Notes: a model not told the origin generated them from the sequence alone. Shown: positions 39,623 through 49,812, numbered from the stretch's first letter. The stretch: DNA of 64,000 nt from an uncultured Poribacteria bacterium (GCA_958296135.2 CATQHZ020000001.1:480001-544000); one strand, 5' to 3'. A program made the numbers and translations.

Positions 39623-40363
39623 TTAATGTTGTCTCTGGTAAACCGCGCTCACACCCGTTCTGGGCCAAAACAGGCTGAGGTGTTTCCCATCCCACGTATA
39701 GGTGCTCAACGATGGATTGGAACCCCCATCAGGAGTCCATTGGATAGTCCCTTTCCGCTCATCAAACGGTGCAATCAGTTCATACGCCCCTGACAAAAAG
39801 TCATCAGAGATGGTTTCTAGGATTTCTCCGATTACCTCCTGCTCCGCTTGTTGTTGTGAGAATGTTGTTGTTGTGAGGCGCAGCGTGCCGGTGACTTCCA
39901 AACGCTCGCCGCGTACTTCATAGCGCGTGAGTTCGTAAGCACCACTCAGCGTTTGCACCACTCGGTAGGCTTTGGAGAAAACGAGGACAGACGCTGACTT
40001 TGACACGTTTTCCTCACTGATGCCATCCCGCACATATACTTTGACAGAAATGCCGGTCGGTGGCACCACCGGGTCGATCGGCAGTGGCGGTGCCGTCCAC
40101 TGCACCTCGGGTCCTGTTTCTAAAATCAAGGTGCCGCCGGAGACCTCCCATTCGTAAGTCAGGGTATCGTCTTCCGGATCAAACACTCTGACGCGAAATT
40201 CAACAGTGTCGCCATACTGCACCTCGTTTGGGACAGTGAAACTGTTGATTTTCGGCGGGTCGTTGGTTAACTTTCTGTATTCGCCGCAGCCACTCCCTAT
40301 CACGAGTAGGCTGAGGGCTACCACGTAGGTTGTGAGCTGTCCACAGCGTGAAAACACTTTCAT
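39623..40363 (-). CDS. Putative lipoprotein with Ig/PKD-like domain
   Basis: Lipobox-like IGSGC; NDPPKI, DPEDDTLTYEW, WTAP. Confidence 0.75.
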   Translation of the reverse strand: MKVFSRCGQLTTYVVALSLLVIGSGCGEYRKLTNDPPKINSFTVPNEVQYGDTVEFRVRVFDPEDDTLTYEWEVSGGTLILETGPEVQWTAPPLPIDPVVPPTGISVKVYVRDGISEENVSKSASVLVFSKAYRVVQTLSGAYELTRYEVRGERLEVTGTLRLTTTTFSQQQAEQEVIGEILETISDDFLSGAYELIAPFDERKGTIQWTPDGGSNPSLSTYTWDGKHLSLFWPRTGVSAVYQRQH

Positions 40364-40567
40364 AAGATTCTGGTCCTTTCTTGTCAGGTTTCCAACAGCA
40401 GTCCCCGGTAGCTCAGTGAGGGTTACTGTTAGGGAAATCTTGTCCTCGGGAAAACATGCACCGGGAAAGAATCCCCAAGGCACGAACAGAAACACCCCAC
40501 CTACGCAAAGAATGCGTGTGGGGTCGATGGCAAAATGCCGAATATCAACGCTGTCAAGCGAAGAAAT

Positions 40568-40750
40568 TTACTTAACGCCAGTGAAGTTAAGGGGGGGGGT
40601 GAAGCCTCCCTTTTGGGCATCAAGGCGAACGGGAACACGTGACGGCGCGACAACAGGCATAGACGCACGGCAAGCGTGCATCTCACGGTGCCCAAGCAGG
40701 GCTACGGTAACCTTTTTAGCAGTGGAAGTATTCTGCATTCGCTGGTTCAC
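40568..40750 (-). CDS. Possible 60-aa leader ORF
   Basis: GAGGA RBS and GTG start just downstream of a consensus promoter; no recognisable homology. Confidence 0.3.
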   Translation of the reverse strand: MNQRMQNTSTAKKVTVALLGHREMHACRASMPVVAPSRVPVRLDAQKGGFTPPLNFTGVK

Positions 40751-40821
40751 GTTGTCGTTCCTCGTTTCGTATTGGTAGGTGGGACCTCGGTTGCAGGCCG
40801 ATTTCCACCTTCGTAACGTTA

Positions 40822-40850
40822 ATTATACCACAAAAATGAGCGGATGTCAA
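40822..40850 (-). promoter_or_regulatory. Consensus sigma70 promoter with extended -10
   Basis: TTGACA-17-TATAAT with TGn before the -10. Confidence 0.8.
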
Positions 40851-41026
40851 ATTTTTATTGGAAAAATCTGCATTATTTAAGATTTTATCATTTATTTTTA
40901 ATTTTATCAAGAAAATTCATCCACATTTCGAGACAATTTTCCTTTAAAAGTTGCCATCGTGGTGCATTGTCGCATTTTTCGCGATTTTTGTCAAGTTTTA
41001 ATCGCGGGTTTTCCAAACAGAAATTC

Positions 41027-42010
41027 TTAAGCGAGGGCATCGATGACCTGTCGATAGAGTTGCGGCACCGTCAGCGAGAAATCGCCGGGGATGTGGTAAC
41101 TCTCGCCGCCGTCTGTGACGGTGCGGATGAGAATCGTTTTCTTGGGACGATGATAGTAGTGCGCGTCGGTGGGTTTCCCCTCTTCCTGAAAATCGGGGAA
41201 ATCAATCAGGTCGAAGTTGGCAGTGGTGAAGTGCCGGATTTCTTCGCCGCGCTGCGCGGCGATGTTGCGCGCCATGGAGAGACTCTTGAGATAGACTTCC
41301 GGTCCCATCACGGCGGAACCTAGATTGAGGAAAACGCCGTCCTCAAGTTGCGAGACGCTGTGCGCGAATCGGAGGAAATCCTGGCCGGTTGTCCAGCCGA
41401 TGGCGGCGTAATCGGCGGCAGGGTGCTGGTCTGTGATGTCATAGCCGATGCCTTTGTGGACGGTAAACGGCACGCCTAGCCGATACGCCGCCGCAAACAT
41501 GCTGATGTCACGATGTGGAAACTGTAAGGGCGGATTTCTATATGCTCCCTCTGTCTCAATTAACCGTCCGACTGCTTCCCCGAATCCGATTTTATCGCGG
41601 TATCCCTGAACAATGGCTTCGTTCAGATACCTGCCGGTTTCCTCCCAATGGCCGAACTTTCCGTCTTTTATGTAGTCTTCTACGTCTTCGAGGGTTGCGC
41701 CGATGTGCGCGAGTTCAAAGTCGTGTATGGCGCATGCGCCGTTGGTTGCGAGGTGCGTTATCCCGCCGCGTTCTACCAGATCGATGATAAAGCGGGAGTT
41801 GCCGCGGCGCATGACATGCGCGCCCATCATCCAAATGACAGGCTTGCCTCGGCGGCGGGCTTGGACAATCCGTTCGGCGACGATGCGGAGGTTGTCGTTT
41901 TCGTAGGGCGGTATCTGCGCGTCTAAGGGATAGACATCTGCCGCGGTCATTTTGTGGCGGCGTTCAGAAAGTGGGAGAATGTTGAGGTGGTTGCGGTTGA
42001 ATTGAGGCAT
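41027..42010 (-). CDS. Conserved protein of the deoxyhypusine-synthase-like (GSU2086-like) family
   Basis: MMGAHV, ATNGACAIHDFE, FLNLGSAVMGPEVYLK; start moved to 42010. Confidence 0.7.
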   Translation of the reverse strand: MPQFNRNHLNILPLSERRHKMTAADVYPLDAQIPPYENDNLRIVAERIVQARRRGKPVIWMMGAHVMRRGNSRFIIDLVERGGITHLATNGACAIHDFELAHIGATLEDVEDYIKDGKFGHWEETGRYLNEAIVQGYRDKIGFGEAVGRLIETEGAYRNPPLQFPHRDISMFAAAYRLGVPFTVHKGIGYDITDQHPAADYAAIGWTTGQDFLRFAHSVSQLEDGVFLNLGSAVMGPEVYLKSLSMARNIAAQRGEEIRHFTTANFDLIDFPDFQEEGKPTDAHYYHRPKKTILIRTVTDGGESYHIPGDFSLTVPQLYRQVIDALA

Positions 42011-42026
42011 ATTGGTGAGATTGTGG

Positions 42027-42208
42027 CACGGCGAGGGACAGGTTTTCCGCGTCCGATGGCATTGCGTAATTCTCAGCATGGCGAGGGACAGTGGACATAT
42101 CTGCAGCGAGGCGGCAGAGATGACAAAGTTTCGGCGTAACGGCCCTCGCCCTACGGTGAAAGGAACGCTTAAGGCATGGCGAGGGACAGGTTTCTCGGGC
42201 CCTACGGA
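42027..42208. repeat. Intergenic REP cluster
   Basis: ggcgagggacag three times, including one copy with an expanded loop. Confidence 0.85.
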
Positions 42209-42224
42209 GATTCAACGTGATAAA

Positions 42225-45200
42225 TTAATCTGAAAACTTCGCTGAGACGAGTTTGGAGACACCGGCCTGCTCCATCGTTACGCCATACATTACGTCGGCG
42301 ATTTCCATGGTGCGCTTGTTATGAGTGATAATGACGAACTGCGTATTCTCGGCGTAGGCGCGGATAAGATTCGTGAATCGGAGGACGTTCGCCTCGTCCA
42401 GCGCGGCATCCACCTCGTCCAACACGCAGAACGGGCTCGGCTTGATTTTGAAAACGGCAAACAGCAGTCCAATGGCGACGAGGGAGCGTTCGCCGCCGGA
42501 GAGTTGCGTGATGCTCTGGGGCCGTTTGCCCGGTGGCCGGGCGATAATCTCAATGCCGGTATCAAGCACATCGGATGCGTCGGTTAACAACAGTTCTGTC
42601 TCGCCGCCGCCGAAGAGTTGCACGAAAACTTCTTGGAAGTTCGCCTGCACCTTCTCAAACGTCTTGAGAAAAACGTCGCGCGAAGTCTGGTTAATCTTCT
42701 GGATGGCCTGATAGGTAGATTGGATGGACTTTTCGACATCGGCGCGTTGCGCGATGAGGAAATCGTAGCGTTCCTTATGCTCGGCGTGTGCCTCTATTGC
42801 CTTGAGGTTCACCGCGCCCATCGCGCCTAATTCCGCCTTCAACGCTTCGATCTTGTCCATCAGATCGATTTCTGATAGTTCGCCGTGCGTTCGGATAGGT
42901 ATCTGGTGTCCTGACGTTTCGCTCCGTAATGCGTCATCGGCGGTGTCGATGCCTCTGTTTTTGACTGCCCTTGAAGCGGCGAGGGTTTCAATGGAGACGT
43001 GGTATTTATCAAGGACGCGCGTTGAGATGGCTTTTATCTGCATCTCCAGTTGCGTTGTCGTTACTTCCAATTGATGCCGTTTGCGGTTGTGCTTCTCGAA
43101 CTGCCGCCGGGTTGCACGCATCTGCTTTTGGAGGTGCGTCACCTCTTCGAGGAGCGCGTTCCGTTCTTCCGTGAGTGCGTCAAGTTCGGCTTCTGCCTCT
43201 GCCTTATCGCCTTCGTATCGGAGGAATTCGCGTTGTGCGCCGGCAATTTGTTCCCCGAGGTCTACCCTGGTTTGTTCATCGGTGTCAATAATCGCTTGCT
43301 GTTGCGTGATATTCTGCGTTGTGCGCAGGAGCGTTTCCTCAAGCGTCTGCAACTCCGATGTCAACCCGTGCAATTTTTGACGCTGTCCGGCCAAGGAGAT
43401 TTCCATCTCTTGACAGCCGTTTGCGACTTCGTCGTGCTTGCGGCTTTCACTGTCGAGCTGCTCGGACATGCGTTGGATACGCCGTTCGGTGATGGTTCGC
43501 TTCTTGTCCAAGTCGGCGATTTCTGCTGCGAGCGTCTGCTGTTCCTCGCGCGAGCCTGCTACTGCCTGGCGGAGTTCCCGATTCTCCACCTCTACTTCGG
43601 CGAGTTGACGTTCTAGCCTTTCGACGTGGCGGCTTGCCTGCTCAATGTCCTTCGTGAGCGCGGTCTTCTCAATTCGCTTATCTTGCCATTGCGCGGTGAT
43701 TTTCTGTCGGTTCTGCTGCAAAGTCACCAATTTCGCGGCGAACGCTTTGCGGTTGGCATCCTTCTCGGTGGCAGTCTGCGTCAGTTGTCCGATTTTTCCT
43801 TCCAGCAGTTCAAGTTCGCGCGAACGGCTGAGCAACCCGCTCTTTTTCTGGTTAGCGTGCCCGCCGGTGATGGCTCCCGAGGTGTTAATCACTTCGCCAT
43901 CTAAGGTGACGAGGCGCGCTGTCGGACGGAATCGGCGTGTGAGGGCGACTGCGGCATCCAAATCCTCGATGACGAGGGTATTGCCGAGCAGATGCAACAC
44001 TGCTGTGTCATATTTTTCGTCGTAATCCACCAGATCTTCGGCGACACCGATGACACCGGGTTCGTCCAGGAGTGCGTCGTCGGCAAACTGTCTGCCCCGC
44101 AAAATGTCAAGTGGGAGGAATGTTACGCGTCCGGCGCGGTGCTTTTTGAGGAATGCGATGCCGGTTTCTGCGTCTTCGGCTGTTTCCGTGACGACATTTT
44201 GAATGGCACTGCCGAGTGCGACTTCAATGGCGATTTCGTATTTTTTATGGGTGGTGAGCAGTTCGGCGACAACGCCGCACACTCCTGCGAATTCATCGGG
44301 GTAGTGGGTTTTCGCCTGCATGATGGCGCGTACCCCGGTGTAGTATCCTTCGTAAGCGGATTGCAATTCCTGCAAGGATTTGAGTCGGGATACGTTCATG
44401 CCGAGTGTGTCTTGTAACCCGCGCATGTCGGCTTCTGCCTTGCGGAGTCTATCCTGAGTCTCGCGAATCGCGGTTTCTACGTCATTTTTCTCTGCTTCAA
44501 TCTGAAGGAGTTCCGCCTTCAGTTGCACTTCGGCGCGTTGTGCCTCGGTGTGTGCGTCGGTGGCGGTTTTGAGCTCCACCTTCACTGCCGCCGAGCTTTC
44601 CTGAATGCGGCTGAGGTTGTTCTCCGTATTCTTGACGCTGTGTTCGATTGCGAGGCGTTTGTTCTCGCGTTGCGCGAGGAGGGTTGTGGTATCGCGCAAG
44701 ACGGTTTCGGCATCCTGGACGGTTGCCTTTGCCTTCGCGATGCGCGCGGCTAAGTCGGTAAGGAGCTGCTGGCGCGCCGATAAGCGGCTTTCCTCAAGTT
44801 TGAGGGATGCTTCCAATTTGCTCCGTTCTCGCGTCCGTTCGCGTTGCTGCGTTGAGAGGCGTTCCTGCTGTGCCTTTAAGGATTCAAGCGTTTGGAGTGC
44901 GCGCTGCCGCTGCTGTTGAATGTTCAGCTGGCGTTCTTTGTGCAGAACTATCTGCCGTTCAATTCTCTCAATCTGCGCCGAGATGCCGCGGAGCGTCTCC
45001 TGCGCAGCAGTTATCGCGGTGTCCAATTTCGGGCGGCGGCCAGACGCGCTCTCAATCCGTTCTTCCGCGTTTTGCAGCAGTTCATCTGCCTCGGCGACGT
45101 TGTCCAGCACGGCGTTTAACGTGTCTTGCGTTTCGCGATACTCGGCGACAAGTTTCTCGTATTCGCGCTGTGAGAGGTTCAACTCTAATTGTTGCAACTC

Positions 45201-45860
45201 TTCCTGAAGAGCCTGATACTTCACCGCTTGTTCTGCTTGCGCTTTGAGCGACTCGGTCTCGCGCTGCAACTCCTGAACCACATCGTTGATGCGGACGAGG
45301 TTTTGCTCGGTTGCTTCCAATTTACGGATTGCAGTCTTTTTGCGGTGCTTATACTTTGTGATGCCGGCGACTTCGTCGAAGAGGAATCGCCGTTCTTCTG
45401 GGCGCGCGTTGAGAATCAGATCGATTTTGCTTTGCTCCATGACAGAGTATGCATCTACGCCGATGCCGGTGTCCATGAAGAGTTCGCTGATATCCCGGAG
45501 GCGGCAGGGAGTCTGGTTGATAAAGTAACCGCTCTCCCCGCTGCGGGTGAGCTGCCGGCGGACTTCGACTTCCGGTGAACCGAGTCTCAGATTCTCGGCG
45601 ATGTTTGAGAAGGCGAGTGTGACGTTCGCTTTTTGCGCTGGGTTGAAATGGGCACCGCCGTTGAAGAGGAGCTCTCGCATATTCGCGGAGCGGAGGGAAC
45701 GGGCACTCTGTTCACCTAGCACCCACCGAATTGCATCGGAGACGTTGCTCTTGCCGCAACCGTTCGGTCCGACGATGGCGGTGGTGCCAGGTTCCAGTAT
45801 CAACTCAACCTCTTCGGCGAAGCTCTTGAATCCGCTGATTTTGACGCTATTGAGGTGCAT
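42225..45860 (-). CDS. smc: Chromosome segregation protein SMC
   Basis: GFKSF, GPNGCGKSN, hinge GRVTFLPL, LSGGE, LDEVDAALD. Confidence 0.97.
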   Translation of the reverse strand: MHLNSVKISGFKSFAEEVELILEPGTTAIVGPNGCGKSNVSDAIRWVLGEQSARSLRSANMRELLFNGGAHFNPAQKANVTLAFSNIAENLRLGSPEVEVRRQLTRSGESGYFINQTPCRLRDISELFMDTGIGVDAYSVMEQSKIDLILNARPEERRFLFDEVAGITKYKHRKKTAIRKLEATEQNLVRINDVVQELQRETESLKAQAEQAVKYQALQEELQQLELNLSQREYEKLVAEYRETQDTLNAVLDNVAEADELLQNAEERIESASGRRPKLDTAITAAQETLRGISAQIERIERQIVLHKERQLNIQQQRQRALQTLESLKAQQERLSTQQRERTRERSKLEASLKLEESRLSARQQLLTDLAARIAKAKATVQDAETVLRDTTTLLAQRENKRLAIEHSVKNTENNLSRIQESSAAVKVELKTATDAHTEAQRAEVQLKAELLQIEAEKNDVETAIRETQDRLRKAEADMRGLQDTLGMNVSRLKSLQELQSAYEGYYTGVRAIMQAKTHYPDEFAGVCGVVAELLTTHKKYEIAIEVALGSAIQNVVTETAEDAETGIAFLKKHRAGRVTFLPLDILRGRQFADDALLDEPGVIGVAEDLVDYDEKYDTAVLHLLGNTLVIEDLDAAVALTRRFRPTARLVTLDGEVINTSGAITGGHANQKKSGLLSRSRELELLEGKIGQLTQTATEKDANRKAFAAKLVTLQQNRQKITAQWQDKRIEKTALTKDIEQASRHVERLERQLAEVEVENRELRQAVAGSREEQQTLAAEIADLDKKRTITERRIQRMSEQLDSESRKHDEVANGCQEMEISLAGQRQKLHGLTSELQTLEETLLRTTQNITQQQAIIDTDEQTRVDLGEQIAGAQREFLRYEGDKAEAEAELDALTEERNALLEEVTHLQKQMRATRRQFEKHNRKRHQLEVTTTQLEMQIKAISTRVLDKYHVSIETLAASRAVKNRGIDTADDALRSETSGHQIPIRTHGELSEIDLMDKIEALKAELGAMGAVNLKAIEAHAEHKERYDFLIAQRADVEKSIQSTYQAIQKINQTSRDVFLKTFEKVQANFQEVFVQLFGGGETELLLTDASDVLDTGIEIIARPPGKRPQSITQLSGGERSLVAIGLLFAVFKIKPSPFCVLDEVDAALDEANVLRFTNLIRAYAENTQFVIITHNKRTMEIADVMYGVTMEQAGVSKLVSAKFSD
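42878..42957 (-). repeat. Family B element in-frame within smc
   Basis: gttcgccgtgcgttcggataggtatctggtgtcctgacgtttcgctccgtaatgcgtcatcggcggtgtcgatg aligns with the 83-bp unit at 1142. Confidence 0.75.
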
Positions 45861-45911
45861 TTTGTTGTTCCTAGCGGTTGTTTTGTCTCATCTGTGTGAA
45901 TAATGTGGTAC

Positions 45912-46050
45912 CTACAGGCCTCGCGAGGGACAGTGGACATCTCTGCAGCGAGGCTGCAGAGATGACAGCGTTTCGGCGTGACGGCCCTCGCGCTACGGGG
46001 CCGCGGTGTCTTCAGGCATCGCGAGGGACAAGTTTCCCACGCGCGACGGG
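45912..46050. repeat. Intergenic REP cluster with a loop-expanded copy
   Basis: cgcgagggacagtggacatctctgcagcgaggctgcagagatg...ccctcgcgctac. Confidence 0.85.
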
Positions 46051-46136
46051 GTCGCGGCATCTATGCGTGTCCCATCGCTTAACCGCTACCTGTTTAAACG
46101 TAAGGCCGTGAGATCGGTTTCAAAATTTTCGGTGGC

Positions 46137-46919
46137 TTAGGTGCGTGCCAATGTCAACACGTCAATTTCGGCCGGGTCTGCCTTCCACAATTCCTTGACG
46201 GCTTCATGGACGGTCGCGCCGGTGGTGAAAACGTCGTCAATGAGCAGGAGGTGTTTGCCAAAGATAGCGTCTGGCTTCCGCATCTCAAACGCGCCAGTGA
46301 TATTCTCTTGGCGGGCTTCCCGCCCGGTAAGGCTACTTTGCGCTTTCGTATCTTTTTGGCGGATGAAGATATCCGTAGCAACTGGCACCCCTTTCGCCTT
46401 GGCAATGCCGTCGGCAAGCAGCATGGCCTGATTAAACCCTCGTTCGCGCAACCGATTTTTATGAATCGGTATGGGTAAGATGAAGTCGTAATCCTCAATT
46501 CGGCAATCCTCAGGCAGGTGTGCCAGCATCAGTTGTATGCAAGGTTTGGCGAGTCCGGTTCGCTTTTCAAATTTAAAGAGGTGTATCGCCTGTCGGAGGG
46601 TTGCCTCATAGAAAGCAATCGTCCGGAGCTTTCCGTAGCGTGGGGGTTTACGTGCGCATTCATCGCAGAGCTCTACCTCGGTCGAGGCATCGCGAGGGCC
46701 AGGCCCTCGCGCTACGGGGGGCGTGTGGAGCGGTGTGCCACATATTTCGCACCAAGGGGGTTCCACAAACTGCATTTGCTGCCAGCATTCATCGCAGAGG
46801 TAAGGCACTGTCTCAAGTCCGAGCGGCGTATCGCAGCTTCGGCATTGCGCGGGATAGAGGCATATCAGTGCGGTTTCAAGGGCCTGCTGTAGGGACGACA
46901 GGTGTGGGAAACGTCTCAT
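46137..46919 (-). CDS. comF: ComF family protein (zinc ribbon + PRTase) with in-frame REP
   Basis: CxxC pairs, RERGFNQ, LLIDDVFTTGAT; start moved to 46919. Confidence 0.88.
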   Translation of the reverse strand: MRRFPHLSSLQQALETALICLYPAQCRSCDTPLGLETVPYLCDECWQQMQFVEPPWCEICGTPLHTPPVARGPGPRDASTEVELCDECARKPPRYGKLRTIAFYEATLRQAIHLFKFEKRTGLAKPCIQLMLAHLPEDCRIEDYDFILPIPIHKNRLRERGFNQAMLLADGIAKAKGVPVATDIFIRQKDTKAQSSLTGREARQENITGAFEMRKPDAIFGKHLLLIDDVFTTGATVHEAVKELWKADPAEIDVLTLART

Positions 46920-47089
46920 AAGGCAATAACCTTTGCGGCGAACGAACGCGAGGTTTTCGCGCGATGGGGGCCGTGGCGATGAACGAGCGCGAGGCACAGG
47001 ACCTCGCGCTACGGTTGAAAGATGGGGGCCGTGGTGTTCAAGCATCGCGAGGTTTTCGCGCTACGGGGGCCGGGGATTTTGTCTGCGCG

Positions 47090-48031
47090 CTACGGGGCCG
47101 CGGCGAGGCTGATGCGGATAGCTTCCAATGCCACCTCTGCGTCTTTCAGACAAGGCGGTTGATCCGCGGTGTTTTGAATTTCAGAAAGCCACAACTGCTG
47201 CAATGTAGGCTGCGGCGAGTCAAAGACAGGCAGGCCTATCAACCCCCAATCCCCTGAGCAGTCCCACCCGTCTCCATCATAACTGAGCGTGCCTTCCGAG
47301 AGGACATAGCGTTCATTCTGGACAGCGGTGTCAATCGCGATGCCGCCTGCCCATGTCCACTGCCCGATGCCGCCGCGCTTGAATTCCACGGTGAGCGTGT
47401 TGACGAACCGCTGGTATTGCCCACTCTCCGTTAATCCGTCGTAGGCGGCCCGGCTTTCTACCGATGCTGCGCCGCCGAAGCAGTCAACGATAGGGTAAAT
47501 ATGGTAGATGAAGAAGTGCGCCGGTGTTCCGGAAATCGGCAGATTGAAGAGGACCTCGGGCCTTGCGCCGCGGCCCGGCGTTAATCTCACAAAGGTGGTG
47601 AGGAGCAACTCGCCGAGTTCGCTTATTTTCTCCTTGAGTGCCTGATGTTCATTGGAGACTACCTCCGGATGCGAGACGCGCAGCACGCGGTGCCGCTCCT
47701 TCGCCAGCCGGAGTGCCGCCTCGCCTTCACCTACATCGCTGGCGAGTGGATATTCGACAAAGACATGCTTATCGGCGCGCAACGCCGCAAGTGCTATCTC
47801 GCCGTGGCTGTCGTTGTGCGTGCATATCACGACACCATCGATATCTTCCCGTGCAACGAGGTGGGCCCATTCGGGGATAAACCCCGTGTTGTGTTGCGCG
47901 GCGAGTTGCGCCCCGGTCTGCTCGTTTCTGGAGGCGATTGCCACCACTTCGGCTGTCGACATTGCTGAAAACCGCTCCAGATGGTGCCGCGCCATCCCCC
48001 CTGAGCCGATGATGCCGATTTTGATTGCCAT
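47090..48031 (-). CDS. Gfo/Idh/MocA family oxidoreductase
   Basis: IGIIGSGGMA, KHVFVEYP. Confidence 0.85.
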   Translation of the reverse strand: MAIKIGIIGSGGMARHHLERFSAMSTAEVVAIASRNEQTGAQLAAQHNTGFIPEWAHLVAREDIDGVVICTHNDSHGEIALAALRADKHVFVEYPLASDVGEGEAALRLAKERHRVLRVSHPEVVSNEHQALKEKISELGELLLTTFVRLTPGRGARPEVLFNLPISGTPAHFFIYHIYPIVDCFGGAASVESRAAYDGLTESGQYQRFVNTLTVEFKRGGIGQWTWAGGIAIDTAVQNERYVLSEGTLSYDGDGWDCSGDWGLIGLPVFDSPQPTLQQLWLSEIQNTADQPPCLKDAEVALEAIRISLAAAP

Positions 48032-48033
48032 TA

Positions 48034-49329
48034 TCACGCCCACCCCTGGCTCTCACCACCGACGCGCGCGAGGCTGATTTTCTCGTAATAGCCGCTTTTC
48101 CGATACGCTGTCAACGGGTGCGGGTCGCGCCCCATCTCCACGCGCACCTGCTCTAGCAGCGGGTTCACATCCGTTTCATACGCGCGCTGGAGGATGCTCT
48201 CCGCTTCAATCAGAGCGGCGGCATCCTGGGCGGCTACCAATGCCTCCCTATCTACCAGCAGTGCCTTCGCGTACGCTTTTTGCAGGTTGCAAACGGATTG
48301 GATACTCGCCTCGACCTTGGGTTTCAGATTGTGACTCTGATCGATCATGTAAGCGATTTTTTGTTGTTCGCGAGGCGTTTGATTAGGGTTATTGGAGTGA
48401 CCGACGTTTCTCTCCGTATATCTGTCATCAACGTTGTTGCTGACTACGTTGCTGGGGGCCAACTCTGCCGCGACGAGTTCCGTGTAAATCAGGAAGAGCT
48501 CCTGCGGATTGATAGAACCTACCGTCAGATCATCGTCGGCATATTTTCGGCAGTTGAAATGGAAACCGCCGAGTTTCCCTTCGTCGATGAGGTAAGCGAC
48601 GATGCACTCGATGTTAGTGCCTTGCGGGTGATGTCCCAGGTCTACTAGTACCTGTGCTTGCGGGCCGAGTTTCTTCGCCAGTAGGTAGGCGGTGCCCCAG
48701 TCTGCCACATCGGTGTGGTAGAATGCAGGTTCAAAGAATTTATACTCGATTAGCATCCGCGTGGCAGGCGGTAGTGCGTCGTAAACCTCGCCGAGTGCTT
48801 CTTCCATCCATGCCTTGCGCTTCCGAAAGTTCGCCTGCCCGGGGAAATTCGTGCCATCGGCGAACCACAGGCTGAGTAAATCCGATGCGGTTTTCTGCAT
48901 GATGTCCACGCATTCAAGGATATGTTCGATGGCGAGGCGGCGGACATCGGGTTGCGGATTACAGACGCTTCCGAGTTTATAGCCCTGGTCTTGGAAAACG
49001 TTTGGGTTAATCGCGCCGATGCCGATGCCGACATCCGCGGCGTATGCTTTCAATGCGCCCCAGTCGTCTGTCTTATCCCACGGGATGTGGAGTGCGACGG
49101 TAGGCGCGATGCCGGTGAATCGGTGGACGGTGGCTGCGTCTTCGAGCCGTTCGGCGGCGTTTCGTGCTGCGCCGGGCTGTTCAAACACTCCGAATCGGGT
49201 GCCGGAATTCCCGTAGCCCCACGATGGTGTTTCAATGTGTTGCTGTTTGAGGTGCGATTTGACTGCGTCAATATCGATTCCTTGTCCGGCTAGCGTTTCG
49301 GCTAATAGGTTATAGGCTGGACTACTCAT
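48034..49329 (-). CDS. rhaI: L-rhamnose isomerase (RhaI type) with an in-frame insert of about 30 aa
   Basis: [50 protein letters not shown]. Confidence 0.9.
   Translation of the reverse strand: MSSPAYNLLAETLAGQGIDIDAVKSHLKQQHIETPSWGYGNSGTRFGVFEQPGAARNAAERLEDAATVHRFTGIAPTVALHIPWDKTDDWGALKAYAADVGIGIGAINPNVFQDQGYKLGSVCNPQPDVRRLAIEHILECVDIMQKTASDLLSLWFADGTNFPGQANFRKRKAWMEEALGEVYDALPPATRMLIEYKFFEPAFYHTDVADWGTAYLLAKKLGPQAQVLVDLGHHPQGTNIECIVAYLIDEGKLGGFHFNCRKYADDDLTVGSINPQELFLIYTELVAAELAPSNVVSNNVDDRYTERNVGHSNNPNQTPREQQKIAYMIDQSHNLKPKVEASIQSVCNLQKAYAKALLVDREALVAAQDAAALIEAESILQRAYETDVNPLLEQVRVEMGRDPHPLTAYRKSGYYEKISLARVGGESQGWA
48357..48448 (-). repeat. Family B element in-frame within rhaI
   Basis: ttgttgttcgcgaggcgtttgattagggttattgg...ctccgtatatctgtcatcaacgttg matches the 83-bp unit. 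Confidence 0.88.
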
Positions 49330-49496
49330 GCTGAATTCTCCTTCACGTAGCGCGAGGGGAAACCTGTCCCTCGCGATGCCTCAGTCAACATCAATTCTCT
49401 AGTCAACATCAATTCTCTTTTGATAATTATACCATACGTCATGGTTTTTTAGCAAGGTAAAAACTTAGTGGCATTTGTCATGCGTTGATATTTTCT

Positions 49497-49534
49497 TTGA
49501 CATGCATAGAAATTTTTGGTATAATTCATGTTAA
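49497..49534 (+). promoter_or_regulatory. TA promoter copy 1 with possible operator inverted repeat
   Basis: TTGACA-17-TATAAT; TTGACATG...CATGTTAA. Confidence 0.75.
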
Positions 49535-49554
49535 AAAATTGAGGAGGTATCGCG

Positions 49555-49812
49555 ATGAGTTTGACACTGACTTTAACAAAAGAGCAGGCACTCGATTTGC
49601 TCTACCAGATGCCGCCGGAAGAGAAGATGGCAGTCTTGGTTGAAATGGCAACGCAAGCGCGCGAAGGGCACGAAGCACGGAGGCGGCACCTCCACTCCAA
49701 GGTTCGGCAGCTCTGTGCGAAACGCGGGTTGGATTGGGATGCAATGGGCGAACAGGAACGCGAGGACTTTATTGACGCTATTGTCCACGAGGACCGGGCA
49801 TGCAGCCAATAG
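49555..49812 (+). CDS. Putative antitoxin, copy 1
   Basis: 85 aa, GAGGAGG RBS, overlaps the PIN gene. Confidence 0.75.
   Translation: MSLTLTLTKEQALDLLYQMPPEEKMAVLVEMATQAREGHEARRRHLHSKVRQLCAKRGLDWDAMGEQEREDFIDAIVHEDRACSQ

Noticed and set aside
40364-40815. Known riboswitch (c-di-GMP, cobalamin, TPP, SAM)
   Set aside because: No diagnostic consensus was found by eye; kept only as an unknown structured leader.
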